Assembly (NCBI GenBank): GCA_963705305.1
Contig: OY970067.1
Span: 5,376,001 to 5,440,000 of the forward strand
Direction: 5' to 3'
Length of the DNA: 64,000 nucleotides
From: an uncultured Methylomirabilota bacterium
Lineage (GTDB): Bacteria > Methylomirabilota > Methylomirabilia > Methylomirabilales > 2-02-FULL-66-22
The notes under the pieces were generated by a model that was given only the letters and a program-made list of their open reading frames with translations, searched no databases and was not told the DNA's origin. Position numbers and translations under genes: made by a program. Shown one piece after another: positions 10,218 to 20,139 of this stretch; positions within the stretch are counted from its first letter, which is position 1, and every line of letters begins with the position of its first letter.

Positions 10218-11042
10218 TCATTTCCCCCAGTCCCGCGCGTACCGGAAATCCCGATCGATGGTCCGCGAGGAGACCTTGGCGATCACCGGCAGGCGCCGCT
10301 TGTACTGGGAGCCCTGAACCCTCCGGGCGACCGCGCGGACGAATTCCTCGTCGAGCCCATCCTCCTGCACAAGCTCGTCCGGCTCGTACCGCCGGTCGAC
10401 CAGCGAATAGAGGATTCGATCCACCGCTTCGTAGGTGAACCCCAGCTCCGCCTCGTCTGTTTGCCCGATCCAGAGATCGGCGCTGGGATGCTTCTCCACG
10501 ATGACCGCGGGGACTCCCACGTGGCGGGCCAGCCGCCAGACCTGGGTTTTGTACAGATCTCCGAGGGGATTCACGGCCGAGGCCATGTCGCCGTAGAGTG
10601 TTCCATAGCCCAGCAACAGCTCCGTCTTGTTGCTGGTCCCCAGCACCAGCGCATCCAGGTGCGCCGAGTGATCGAAGAGGATTGTCATGCGCTCGCGGGC
10701 CATCTTGTTGCCCCGCCGGACCTGATCGGCGTCCGGGCACATGGCAAAGTAGGCATCCACCATGGGGGTGATATCCACGGTCAGGCTGTTGATGCCCAGG
10801 GCCTCCACCACCAGCCGCGCATGCTCTGCGCTCTCCGGGTTGGACGTCCGGTACGGCATTAGCACCCCCCAGACGTTCCGGGGGCCGAGCGCCTCCGCCG
10901 CCAGGAAGGCCGCCAGGGAGGAGTCCACCCCGCCCGAAAGCCCCAGGACGACCCGCTGGAAGCCGGCTTTGCGCACCTCGTTCTCGATGAAGCCGGTGAG
11001 GATCTTGCGCACCGTCTCGCAGTTGAACTGGAGAGTGCCCAT
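10218..11042 (-). CDS. nadE: NAD+ synthetase, synthetase subunit
   Basis: [45 protein letters not shown]. Confidence 0.95.
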   Translation of the reverse strand: MGTLQFNCETVRKILTGFIENEVRKAGFQRVVLGLSGGVDSSLAAFLAAEALGPRNVWGVLMPYRTSNPESAEHARLVVEALGINSLTVDITPMVDAYFAMCPDADQVRRGNKMARERMTILFDHSAHLDALVLGTSNKTELLLGYGTLYGDMASAVNPLGDLYKTQVWRLARHVGVPAVIVEKHPSADLWIGQTDEAELGFTYEAVDRILYSLVDRRYEPDELVQEDGLDEEFVRAVARRVQGSQYKRRLPVIAKVSSRTIDRDFRYARDWGK

Positions 11043-11045
11043 GGG

Positions 11046-11909
11046 CTACTCCGCTCCCTCGCTCCGGCCGCGGACGATCCGCCCGACCTCGCGCAGCGTG
11101 AGCTCGAGCCGCTCGTCCCGAAGCAGCGGATTGGCCATTCGCGCCCGTCGCAGGGCACCGGGCTGTAGCTCGGCCACCAGCAGCTCCGACTCCAGGTAGC
11201 GGGCTTTGGCCAGGGATTCCCCCCCGGGCGTGACCACCTCCGACCCGCCCCAGAAGCACGCGCCGTCCTCGTAGCCGACGCGATTGGCGTAAATGACGAA
11301 GCAGGTGAACAGGTCTCCGTAGGCGCGGAGGACCCGCTCCCAGGTGCCGGCGTTCTGGAACGGCGCCGTCTCGCTCTGACCCCGTCCCGGGCTGGCCGAG
11401 ACACAGACGATCACCTCGGCTCCGTCCCAGACCGCGATCCCGGGAATGGCGGGATGCCACAGGTCCTCGCAGATGAGGATGGCCATGCGGCCCAGCGCGG
11501 TGTCGAAGGCCTGAACGCGCCCCCCGGCGGCCAGGTAGCGCTGCTCGTCGAAGATCCCGTAGGTGGGGAGGTAGACCTTGCGGTGAATGTGACGGACGGC
11601 CCCGCCCTCCAGGTAGGCCGCGGCATTGTGAAACGTATGGCCGGGGGCCTCCTCTACGAAGCCCACCACGATGGCCACCCGGCGGCTCAGCTCACAGAGG
11701 GCCTGCAGCGGGGAAGATTCCGGCCTGAGAGCGACGGAGGGCACCTGGTCCTTGAGGAAGTAGCCGGTCAGGCTGAGCTCGGGGAAGACCAGCAGATTCG
11801 CCGATTGGGAGATGGCCTCCTGGGCCATCTTTTCGTGCAGGGCCAGGTTTCGCTCGAGGTCGCCCAGGGCCGGCGCGATCTGGGCCACGGCCACGCGGAA
11901 TTGCCGCAT
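11046..11909 (-). CDS. Nitrilase-family carbon-nitrogen hydrolase, probable glutaminase subunit of NAD synthetase
   Basis: Catalytic E-K-C triad in FPELSLTGY, HRKVYLPTYGIFDE and ICEDLW. ATG 11909 after GGGAGGAG; 3 nt from nadE. Confidence 0.9.
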   Translation of the reverse strand: MRQFRVAVAQIAPALGDLERNLALHEKMAQEAISQSANLLVFPELSLTGYFLKDQVPSVALRPESSPLQALCELSRRVAIVVGFVEEAPGHTFHNAAAYLEGGAVRHIHRKVYLPTYGIFDEQRYLAAGGRVQAFDTALGRMAILICEDLWHPAIPGIAVWDGAEVIVCVSASPGRGQSETAPFQNAGTWERVLRAYGDLFTCFVIYANRVGYEDGACFWGGSEVVTPGGESLAKARYLESELLVAELQPGALRRARMANPLLRDERLELTLREVGRIVRGRSEGAE

Positions 11910-12182
11910 CTGCTCCTCCCACTGATCGGTTCGCTGACAGGCCCAAGCCGGCTGGATCGTACTACACTTGTCGTCGCAACTCAACTGGCCCGGCGATCCG
12001 GCCGGCGGGTGAATTCACGGCCGGCGCCCATGCCCGGACGTCCCTGCAGCCTGCTGGCCGATCCACCCTGAGGTTTCCCGGCCGTGAGTGAGCAACGGAC
12101 GAACCCTTTCATGGAAGATCTGGCTCTAACGAAATAGGGTGGACGATAGAGCGGGGAGAGACCCCGTAACGGAGGAGGACGC

Positions 12183-12398
12183 ATGCTGGAAAAGGATTTC
12201 CCGAACAACGAGCATATGGCCGAGCGGGTGCTGCGGGTCTTGGTGGGCGTCGGCGTGCTCAGCCTGGTCTTCGTGGGACCCCGCACGCTGTGGGGGCTGA
12301 TCGGCCTCATCCCGGTGGCGACCGGCTTGATCGGAAGCTGTCCGGCGTACACCCTGCTCGGAGTCAGCACCTGCCGCGTCAAGGGCGCACCCCGCTGA
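12183..12398 (+). CDS. DUF2892 (YgaP-like) small membrane protein
   Basis: ERVLRVLVG, two TM helices, GSCPAYTLLGVSTC; strong GGAGGAGG RBS. Confidence 0.9.
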   Translation: MLEKDFPNNEHMAERVLRVLVGVGVLSLVFVGPRTLWGLIGLIPVATGLIGSCPAYTLLGVSTCRVKGAPR

Positions 12399-12420
12399 CC
12401 GACGCCCCTCGGATCGGTCC

Positions 12421-13257
12421 TCAGGGGCCGGGCGAGTAGCGCAGACAAGCCGCGTACAGCGCCTCGATCGCTTTCCGGTCGGCCGCAAACGGGTCCTGAG
12501 CCTCGTGCATCTGCTCGAAGTACTTTCCCGTCTCCCGTTGACCGATCGGATCGGTGGCCAGCCATACGGGAGTCCGGGCAGCCTCCGCCGGACTGTCGTG
12601 CCCTGCGAAGCCAAGGTTGTTGCTCAGCGTGGAGCTCACGTCACCCGGGTGACAGGTGTTCACCGACACGCCGCTGGACTTCAGCCGCTCCGCGAACGCC
12701 ACTGCCAGCATTCGGTCGGCCTGCTTGGACTGGCGATAGGCCTCGCCGTTGGAGTACTGTCGCTCCGAGAATTCCAGGTCCGTGAGATCTAGGTCGCCTG
12801 CCCAGTAGCTGGCGACGACGATTACCCGGGCCGGCGCCGATCGCCGGAGATTGTCGGTGAAGGCCTGGATCATCCAGAAATAGCCGAGGACGTTGGTCGC
12901 GAATTGGAGTTCGATCCCTTCGGGGGTCTGCTGTCTCCGGCGAGGCGTCGCGCCGGCGTTGTTGACCAGGACGTGCAAGGGGCCCGTCCATCGGCCGGCC
13001 AGCGCCAGAACCGAGCTCCGTCGCGATACGTCCACGATTTCGAAGCGTACCCGAGGGTTTCCCGTTGCCTCGACAATGTCCCGAACGGCGCGGCCCCCCT
13101 TCTCTTCGCTGCGGCAGGCGACCACGACCTCGAATCCAGGAGTCGCGGCCAGTCCCAGGGCAATGGCCTTGCCGATGGCCCCGGTCCCCCCGGTCACGAT
13201 GGCCACCTTCCCGTCGGTCCCCGCTCGGGGACTCCACCCGCTGCCTGCCTCGCTCAT
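12421..13257 (-). CDS. Short-chain dehydrogenase/reductase (retinol dehydrogenase-like)
   Basis: TGGTGAIG, LVNNAG, FATNVLG, YRQSK (YxxxK), HPG. ATG 13257 after GAGGGGAG. Confidence 0.9.
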   Translation of the reverse strand: MSEAGSGWSPRAGTDGKVAIVTGGTGAIGKAIALGLAATPGFEVVVACRSEEKGGRAVRDIVEATGNPRVRFEIVDVSRRSSVLALAGRWTGPLHVLVNNAGATPRRRQQTPEGIELQFATNVLGYFWMIQAFTDNLRRSAPARVIVVASYWAGDLDLTDLEFSERQYSNGEAYRQSKQADRMLAVAFAERLKSSGVSVNTCHPGDVSSTLSNNLGFAGHDSPAEAARTPVWLATDPIGQRETGKYFEQMHEAQDPFAADRKAIEALYAACLRYSPGP

Positions 13258-13408
13258 CTCCCCTCCTCTGGTGCGGCGGATCGTCCGACCGAGATCGCTT
13301 TCCCGCCGAACCCCGTGCCCTTCATACGGCATGCCGGCGCTCGCGTCAAGCGCGGGCCCGCCGCTGCCTCCGGTTCGGAGACGGCGGCCGGCCGGTCCGG
13401 GCTGTGGC

Positions 13409-14824
13409 TCAGACCCCGACGATCCGCTTCATGGGAATGCCGAGGCCGGCATCCCCCTCGATGACCGCGTAGGATTTGACTCCCCTGCCCCCCCGGTGCC
13501 CGGACCGCAGGAAGGTGTTCTTCATCTGCAGCTCCATGAACACGCTCTTGGGCAGGGGCTGGTCCGTCTCCTTGCACACCCGGCGCGCCAGCTCGAAGAC
13601 GTCCTCGAGCTCGTCGACCTTCCGGATGTCGCTGATGTTCAGATAGATTTCAGGGAACTCGTCCAGCTCCTTTCGCACCCAGGCCGTGTTCGAGAACCGC
13701 TCCGCGTACACGTACTCGATCCGCATGCGCAGTGCGATGCGCCGGATCTCCTCGATGGTGCGATAGAAGATCTGGATCCGGTTCTCCAGCAGGGCATCGT
13801 CTCGATCCCGCGTGTCTTCCCGAAAGGCGGGCGTCGTCTCGATGGCGTCCACCGCCAGGCACACCACCTCTCCCCGCCGGCTGGAGATCAGGAGGGGCAG
13901 CAGGTGCACCTTCATCACCAGCCGCCCATCGTGGGATACCTTGAGAATCTGGTAGTTGTAATCCAGCATCCAGGGGAACACCGTCCAGTAGATGTTCTCC
14001 ACGTTGCGATCGACCTGCTGGAATGACTTGTCGGCCGTGCAGTCCCCGATCGTCTTGCCCAGATCCAGGAATGAGACATCCCGCGTGGCGTATTCGAATT
14101 CCACATCGGTTCCCCGCACGCACACCATGTCCTCCGCGCCGGCCAGGGGGATCTGCCGGGAGATCCTCCACAGGAGCGAGGCAATTTCGTCCGCGTACAT
14201 GGCCATCCGCCTCTCCGGCGCCCCCAGCAGGTCCGCCCCGGTCAGGGCCTGGCACTCGGCCAGGAGCCTCTTGGCCATGACCGTTGCCGCCGCCTGCCCG
14301 ATGGACGCCTGCTGCGCGATGTGGGCGGGATTCCTCTGCTTCTTGTCCAACATCTCTTGAATCTTCACCAGACGGCAATCCTCGGAGATGGAGCGGAGCG
14401 TGGAGAGGGAGATCAGCCCATTCTCGGTCAGGTATCGGTCCAGGTCGATATCGAGGACCGTCTTGAGGATCGGGAGATTTTCCTGCAGCGCCCGGCGGAC
14501 GACCTGGTCGTCGTTGAGGCTGCGCAGGGCCTCGATCGTTACTTCGAAGTCCTTCTGGAAGTCCCGGTACCACCGCTGATAGAAGGAGGCCACCAGTCCT
14601 TTGAGGCTCTTTTGCTGATTCAGCAGGTTGGTGATCGCCAGGCCGAGTGACAGGTTGAGGGCCTTGCGAGGCTGCCGGGCCTTGCTGCTCGAGACCAGGC
14701 CGTAGCTGCTGGGGTACTCGCCGAAGCGCTTCCGAGCCTCCTGGAGGGGGAGGCTGATGTAGCCTTCGTCCTCCACGAACCCGCTGATGACCGGGTTGTA
14801 CTCGAGGTGGTACGATGGCGGCAT
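13409..14824 (-). CDS. Hypothetical protein, 471 aa
   Basis: Long ORF with protein-like composition, co-oriented with its neighbours; family not recognised. Confidence 0.8.
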   Translation of the reverse strand: MPPSYHLEYNPVISGFVEDEGYISLPLQEARKRFGEYPSSYGLVSSSKARQPRKALNLSLGLAITNLLNQQKSLKGLVASFYQRWYRDFQKDFEVTIEALRSLNDDQVVRRALQENLPILKTVLDIDLDRYLTENGLISLSTLRSISEDCRLVKIQEMLDKKQRNPAHIAQQASIGQAAATVMAKRLLAECQALTGADLLGAPERRMAMYADEIASLLWRISRQIPLAGAEDMVCVRGTDVEFEYATRDVSFLDLGKTIGDCTADKSFQQVDRNVENIYWTVFPWMLDYNYQILKVSHDGRLVMKVHLLPLLISSRRGEVVCLAVDAIETTPAFREDTRDRDDALLENRIQIFYRTIEEIRRIALRMRIEYVYAERFSNTAWVRKELDEFPEIYLNISDIRKVDELEDVFELARRVCKETDQPLPKSVFMELQMKNTFLRSGHRGGRGVKSYAVIEGDAGLGIPMKRIVGV

Positions 14825-14880
14825 GGATCAGTCTCTCTCCCAGCTCTGCCGGGCAGCAGAGCGGCGGCCCTGCCCGCGGC

Positions 14881-15411
14881 TCATCGGGTTTCACCCGCCT
14901 CGCCGAACGTCGCCGCTTGCCGGCGGAGAGCCGTCCCGTGCAGGCGGTACACCGTCCACTCGTCCATCGGCACCGCTCCCAGCCGCCTGTAGAAGGCGAT
15001 TGCCGGCTCGTTCCAGTCCAGCACTGACCACTCCAGGCGGCCGCATCCGCGCTGCTGGGCCAGACTGGACAGAAAGGTCAGGAAGGTCCGCCCCAGGCCC
15101 CGCCCGCGCGCCTCTGGCTTCACGTACAGATCCTCGAGATAGAGGCCCGGCCGCCCCAGGAACGTGGAGAAGTTGTGAAAGAAGACGGCAAATCCGGCGG
15201 GCTCGCCGTGCAACTCGCCGATCAGCACCTCTGCCACGCGCCGCGGGCCGAAGAGCGCCTGGCGCAGCCCCTCTTCGGTGGCGGTCACTTCGTGGGCCAG
15301 GTGCTCATACTCGGCCAGCCCCTTGATGAATGCGAGGATCAGCGGGACATCCGGCTCCGCAGCGAAGCGGAGCGTGAATCCCGGGATGGCGGTGACGATC
15401 GGCTCCCTCAC
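14881..15411 (-). CDS. GNAT N-acetyltransferase (spermidine/spermine acetyltransferase-like)
   Basis: LAEYE, FFHNFSTFLGRPGLYLEDLYV, RGRGLG, WSVLDWNEPAIAFY. GTG 15411 after AGAGGAG. Confidence 0.92.
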   Translation of the reverse strand: MREPIVTAIPGFTLRFAAEPDVPLILAFIKGLAEYEHLAHEVTATEEGLRQALFGPRRVAEVLIGELHGEPAGFAVFFHNFSTFLGRPGLYLEDLYVKPEARGRGLGRTFLTFLSSLAQQRGCGRLEWSVLDWNEPAIAFYRRLGAVPMDEWTVYRLHGTALRRQAATFGEAGETR

Positions 15412-15452
15412 GATTCGGCTCCTCTGTATCGGCCTCCGTGCCCGTGCTCCCT

Positions 15453-15516
15453 CCCCGTCTCCCCCTCTCCCGCTCTCCCCATCCCTCCGACCCCTCAGCT
15501 CCTTGGCTCCCGCACC
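15453..15516. repeat. Degenerate 8-bp pyrimidine-rich tandem repeat
   Basis: CCCCGTCT CCCCCTCT CCCGCTCT CCCCATCC CTCCGACC CCTCAGCT CCTTGGCT CCCGCACC; same period and style as the array at 7685-7740. Confidence 0.6.
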
Positions 15517-15699
15517 CGGAACCTGATCACCGGCAGTCTGCCCGAGGCCAGACGGACGGCCTCCCCAACCTCGCCCCCCTTCCAGCCCACCAGGCGGCGC
15601 GCCAGGAGGCGCAGGACTCCCCGCGGAGGATTGGGTGGCGACGGCGGCCAATCTTTCGGCATCCCCGGTCTTCCGGCCCGCTCTCCCGGGACCCCGGCG

Positions 15700-16713
15700 T
15701 CACATCGTTCGCCCTACCGTCTCCACGAACGGGCGCAGGCTCTTCATGAGCTGGGCGAACTGTCGTGGATCGAGCGACTGGCGCCCGTCGGACAGCGCCA
15801 CCTTGGGGTCGTGGTGCACCTCCAGCAAAAGGCCGTCCGCTCCGCAGGCCACCGCGGCCCGGGCCATGGGGGCCACGTACTCCCGGATGCCGGTCCCGTG
15901 GGACGGATCCACGATGATGGGCAGGTGGCTGTGCATCTTGATGTGGGGAATGGCATTCAGGTCCAGCGTGTAGCGTGTCGCCGTCTCGAACGTCCGGATG
16001 CCGCGCTCGCACAGGATCACATTCGGGTTCCCCTCCGACAGGATGTACTCCGCCGCCAGCAGCAAGTCATCCACGGATGCCGCCATGCCGCGCTTGAGGA
16101 TGATGGGCTTCCGGCTCTGCCCCAGGGCCTTGAGCAGCCGGAAGTTCTGCATGTTCCGGGCCCCCACCTGGAAGGCCGCGGCGTAGCGCTCGACCGCCTC
16201 CACATCTCCGACCTCGACGACCTCCGTGACCGCCGGCATCGCCAGTTTCTCCGATACCGCATGCAGGATCTCGAGCCCCTCCAGCCCCAGCCCCTGGAAG
16301 CTGTACGGACTGGTGCGGGGCTTGTAGGCACCGCCGCGCAGGCACTTCGCCCCCGCCCGCTTCACCGCCTGCCCGCTGAGGAGCATCTGCCGGTGGCTCT
16401 CCACGGCGCAGGGGCCGGCGATCACCGTGAAGTGTCTTCCGCCCACAGGGACATCCCCGATCCTCACGATGGTGTCTTTGGGGTGGATCTCCCGGCTCAC
16501 CAGCTTGTAGGCGGTGAGGACCGGCGACACCTTTTCCACCTGGGGATGGTTCTCGATGTGCAGCTGGCCCAGCACCCGTTCGTCCCCGATGGCCCCCAGG
16601 ACGGTCCGTTCCGTCCCCGGCATGTAGAGCGGCTTCAGCCCCAGCGCCGCGATCTGCCGCAGGATCTCATCCGCATCCTTCTTGGTGGCCCCATGCTTCA
16701 GCACGATGATCAT
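15700..16713 (-). CDS. aroF: 3-deoxy-7-phosphoheptulonate (DAHP) synthase, type I-beta with N-terminal regulatory domain
   Basis: MIIVLK start, [52 protein letters not shown]. Confidence 0.95.
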   Translation of the reverse strand: MIIVLKHGATKKDADEILRQIAALGLKPLYMPGTERTVLGAIGDERVLGQLHIENHPQVEKVSPVLTAYKLVSREIHPKDTIVRIGDVPVGGRHFTVIAGPCAVESHRQMLLSGQAVKRAGAKCLRGGAYKPRTSPYSFQGLGLEGLEILHAVSEKLAMPAVTEVVEVGDVEAVERYAAAFQVGARNMQNFRLLKALGQSRKPIILKRGMAASVDDLLLAAEYILSEGNPNVILCERGIRTFETATRYTLDLNAIPHIKMHSHLPIIVDPSHGTGIREYVAPMARAAVACGADGLLLEVHHDPKVALSDGRQSLDPRQFAQLMKSLRPFVETVGRTM

Positions 16714-16834
16714 CGAATCCCTCTCCCGTCTCGTGGAGAATTTCGCCCCATGGCCTCCCCGCCAGGCAGCCGTCCGAAAGCCGCCACCACCCGCTGCGGT
16801 GCCGGTTCCCTCTCTGCCGGAGGCAACCCCCGCG

Positions 16835-19270
16835 TCAGCACATCGACGCCGGGTCCACATCCAGATCCAGGCGCACGCCGCGCGCGCCGGCGGAGGCCCG
16901 GAAGCGGCGGGCAGCCTCCTGCACGGCGGCATGGAGCCGCCGCGTGTCCTTCCCCCGCACCAGCACATGCCAGCGGTACCGGCCGCGAACGCGATAGCGC
17001 TGCGCGGGCGCGGGGCCGCTGAGACTGTCGGGCCTCACCCCCGCCGCACGCAGCTGGGTCGCCAGCTCCTCAGCCGCGGCCTCGGCCAACTGCTCCTGCG
17101 GGCTGCTGAGAACCCCCAGGACGGCCCGCGAGAATGGCGGCAGCCCCTGCTCGCGCCGGAGGGCGCCCTCGGCCTCCCACAGGGCATCGTAGTCCTGAGC
17201 CTGCACCGTCCGCAGGATGTAGTGGTCTGGGTTGAAGGTCTGAATCACGGCCAGGCCCGGACGATCGCCCCGCCCCGCGCGGCCCACCACCTGGGTGAGG
17301 AGGGCGAAGGCCCGCTCCCCCGCCCGGAAGTCGGGCAGGTGCAGGGCCATGTCCGCCGAGACCACCCCCACCAGCGTCAGGTTCGGCACGTCGTGCCCCT
17401 TCCCCGTCATCTGGGTCCCGACCAGGATGTCGATCTCCCCCCGGGCCAGGCGGTCCAGCGTGTCCCCCGCCGCCCGCCAGGTTCGCGTGCTGTCGCGGTC
17501 CATGCGGACGACCCGTGCCGCGGGAAAGCGCTCCCGCACGGCGGCCTCGACCTGCTGCGTCCCGACCCCCAGGTACCGCAGAACGCTCCCCTGGCAGTGC
17601 GGACAGCGCTCGGGCGGCCGCCGCTCGAAATCGCAGGTGTGGCAGCGCAGCCGCCCGCGGGAGGCGTGGTACGTCAGCGACACGCTGCAATGGGGGCAGT
17701 CCGCCGTGCTCCCGCACTCCTGGCAGAGCAAGAGCGTGGAAAATCCCCGGCGGTTCAGGAACAGCAGCGACTGCTCCCCATGCTTGAGCCGCTCGGCCAG
17801 CGCGGTGCAGAGCGGCGGGGACAGCAATCGCTGGCCGCTCTCCACCCGGCGCAGGTCCACGATCTCCACCCGGGGCAGCGGCCGCGCCTCGATCCGGTCC
17901 GCCAGGCGGACCAGCCGGTAGCGTCCGGCCCGGACCCGCTCGTAGCTTTCCAGGGAGGGGGTTGCCGATCCCAGGACGACCGGCGCGCCCAGCATCTTGG
18001 CCCGCATGACGGCCACGTCGCGGCCGTGGTAGCGCGGCGCCTCTTCCTGTTTGTAGGAAGGGTCGTGCTCCTCGTCCACCACCAGAATGCCCAGGCGCGG
18101 GAGGGGCGCGAACACGGCCGAGCGCGCCCCCACGACGATGTCGGCCGCCCCGGCGCGGATGCGACGCCAGGCGTCGTATCGCTCTCCCCCCTTGAGGCCG
18201 CTGTGCAGGACCGCCACCCGCTCTCCGAAGCGCGCCAGGAAGCGCTGCACGGTGAGCGGGGTGAGGGAGATCTCGGGGACCAGAACCAGTGCCTGTCCGC
18301 CCGCTTGGATCGCGATCTGGATGGCCTGGAGATACACCTCGGTCTTCCCCGACCCGGTCACGCCGTGGAGCAGGAGCGGCAGGAACGCCTTCTGCGCCAG
18401 CGCCGCCCGGACGACCTCCACCGCCTCCGCCTGGGCGGGGGCGAGTACCCGTGGAGTGTCGGCCGGTACCGCGATCGCTCCTGGGGCAAAGGGATCCCGG
18501 GTGATCTCCTGCTGTCGGACCTGGACCAGCCCTTTGTGGATCAGGGCAGCCAGCGCGGCGGGGTTGCCCGCCGCGGCGTCGGCCCGGGGCAGCCCCTCGG
18601 GGACTTGCGCCAGCGCCCGCAGGATGGCCCGCTGCTTGGCGGCCCGCGGGGAGAGTGCGGCCTGCTCGGCATCCACACCGGCAGCCAGGGTGCAGAGGGG
18701 CACGGCGGAGGGCCGGACGCGGGGTGGTCGGAATTCGCTGACAAGATCCACCAGGCCGCGGCGGGCCAGGACCTGGACCACCGACCGCGCGCGGGGCCAG
18801 CGCCGCTCCAGGACCGACAGCGCCACGGCCCCTCGCTCCTGCAGCAGAAACAGCAGGTCCCGCTCCGCCGGACGCAGGAGGCCGCCGGCGTCCGCCAATG
18901 ACTCCGCGGCGGCGGTCGCCCGCGCCACCTGCCGGGTGAGACCGTCGATGCCCGGCGGCAGCGCCGTTCGAATGACCTCTCCCCAGGGGCAGAGGTAGTA
19001 CTCGGCGACCCAGCGGGTCAAGCCGAGCAGATGCGCGTCCAAGAGGGGCTCGGCGTCGAGGACTTCGCAGAGGTCCTTCGTCTTCCCCACCGGCGAGCGA
19101 TCACGCACCGCCACCAGGTACCCGGTAGTTGCCCGCTTGCCCAGGGGCAGGAGGGCCCGCTTGCCGGGCGCGGCGAGCCCCCGCCATTCCTCCGGCACCC
19201 GGTAGGTGAGCGGCGTCTCGATGGAAGCGGGGAAGACCGCGTCGACGTAGGCGGGGGAGTCCGTCTTCAT
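16835..19270 (-). CDS. priA: Primosomal protein N'
   Basis: GVTGSGKTEVY, LVPEISLT, VDEEH, GSATPS, LNRRG, four CxxC motifs, GTQM, QVVGRAGR. Confidence 0.97.
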   Translation of the reverse strand: MKTDSPAYVDAVFPASIETPLTYRVPEEWRGLAAPGKRALLPLGKRATTGYLVAVRDRSPVGKTKDLCEVLDAEPLLDAHLLGLTRWVAEYYLCPWGEVIRTALPPGIDGLTRQVARATAAAESLADAGGLLRPAERDLLFLLQERGAVALSVLERRWPRARSVVQVLARRGLVDLVSEFRPPRVRPSAVPLCTLAAGVDAEQAALSPRAAKQRAILRALAQVPEGLPRADAAAGNPAALAALIHKGLVQVRQQEITRDPFAPGAIAVPADTPRVLAPAQAEAVEVVRAALAQKAFLPLLLHGVTGSGKTEVYLQAIQIAIQAGGQALVLVPEISLTPLTVQRFLARFGERVAVLHSGLKGGERYDAWRRIRAGAADIVVGARSAVFAPLPRLGILVVDEEHDPSYKQEEAPRYHGRDVAVMRAKMLGAPVVLGSATPSLESYERVRAGRYRLVRLADRIEARPLPRVEIVDLRRVESGQRLLSPPLCTALAERLKHGEQSLLFLNRRGFSTLLLCQECGSTADCPHCSVSLTYHASRGRLRCHTCDFERRPPERCPHCQGSVLRYLGVGTQQVEAAVRERFPAARVVRMDRDSTRTWRAAGDTLDRLARGEIDILVGTQMTGKGHDVPNLTLVGVVSADMALHLPDFRAGERAFALLTQVVGRAGRGDRPGLAVIQTFNPDHYILRTVQAQDYDALWEAEGALRREQGLPPFSRAVLGVLSSPQEQLAEAAAEELATQLRAAGVRPDSLSGPAPAQRYRVRGRYRWHVLVRGKDTRRLHAAVQEAARRFRASAGARGVRLDLDVDPASMC

Positions 19271-19292
19271 GGCGCGCTGCTGGCCTCCCGCC

Positions 19293-19988
19293 TCAGCCGG
19301 GGCGGACGCGCTGCATCTCCCGCAGGAGCAGCTTCATGTCCTCCCAGACCGTCTTCTTTTCGTGCGGGTTCCGCAGGAGGTAGGCGGGATGGAAGGTGGG
19401 CAGCAGCGGGACCCCGTGGAAGTCGACAAAACGCCCGCGCAGCCGGGAGATGGGCTCCTTGGTGCGCAGCAGGGTCTGGGCGGCGGGACCGCCCAAGGCG
19501 CAGATGAACTTGGGGCGGATGGCCTGAAGCTGCTTCAGGAGGAACGGCTCGCAGGCCAAAATCTCGTCGGCCTCGGGGGTTCGGTTGTTGGGCGGGCGGC
19601 ACTTGATGATGTTGCAGATGTAGACCTCCTCCCGCTTCATCCCCATGGCCTCGATGATCTTGGTGAGGAGCTGTCCCGCTCGCCCCACGAACGGCTCCCC
19701 CTGCGCATCCTCGTCGGCGCCGGGCGCCTCCCCCACGAAGACCAGCTCCGCCTTCGGATTCCCGACGCCGAAGACGATCGTGTGCCGCCCGTGATGCAGC
19801 TTGCAGCGGGTGCATTCTCCCAGCTCCGCCTGCACCTCGGGCAGCGTGGGGGGCGGGGCCGCCTCCGCTTCGGCCTGTTCCGGCCAGCGGGCGTCCACGT
19901 ATTCCAGGCCCCGCTCGTATTCCACCTGCAAAATGGTGCGAAGGTCCTCGACGATCTCGCCGAGACCTTGTCTGGAGTCTTTGTCCAT
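19293..19988 (-). CDS. Uracil-DNA glycosylase family 4 (Fe-S)
   Basis: [40 protein letters not shown]. Confidence 0.95.
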   Translation of the reverse strand: MDKDSRQGLGEIVEDLRTILQVEYERGLEYVDARWPEQAEAEAAPPPTLPEVQAELGECTRCKLHHGRHTIVFGVGNPKAELVFVGEAPGADEDAQGEPFVGRAGQLLTKIIEAMGMKREEVYICNIIKCRPPNNRTPEADEILACEPFLLKQLQAIRPKFICALGGPAAQTLLRTKEPISRLRGRFVDFHGVPLLPTFHPAYLLRNPHEKKTVWEDMKLLLREMQRVRPG

Positions 19989-20139
19989 CTACGCTCCGTA
20001 CGCCCGCCGCGCCTTCACTCCGGAATCACGCCCCATTGCCTGCCCGCGCTCCTCCGCCGCTTCTCCCTCTCACCCCGGCCCCCCCTCACCCCTGCTCTTC
20101 GTGGCGTCCTTGCGTGAGGCGATCCTCTTCGGATTTGGA

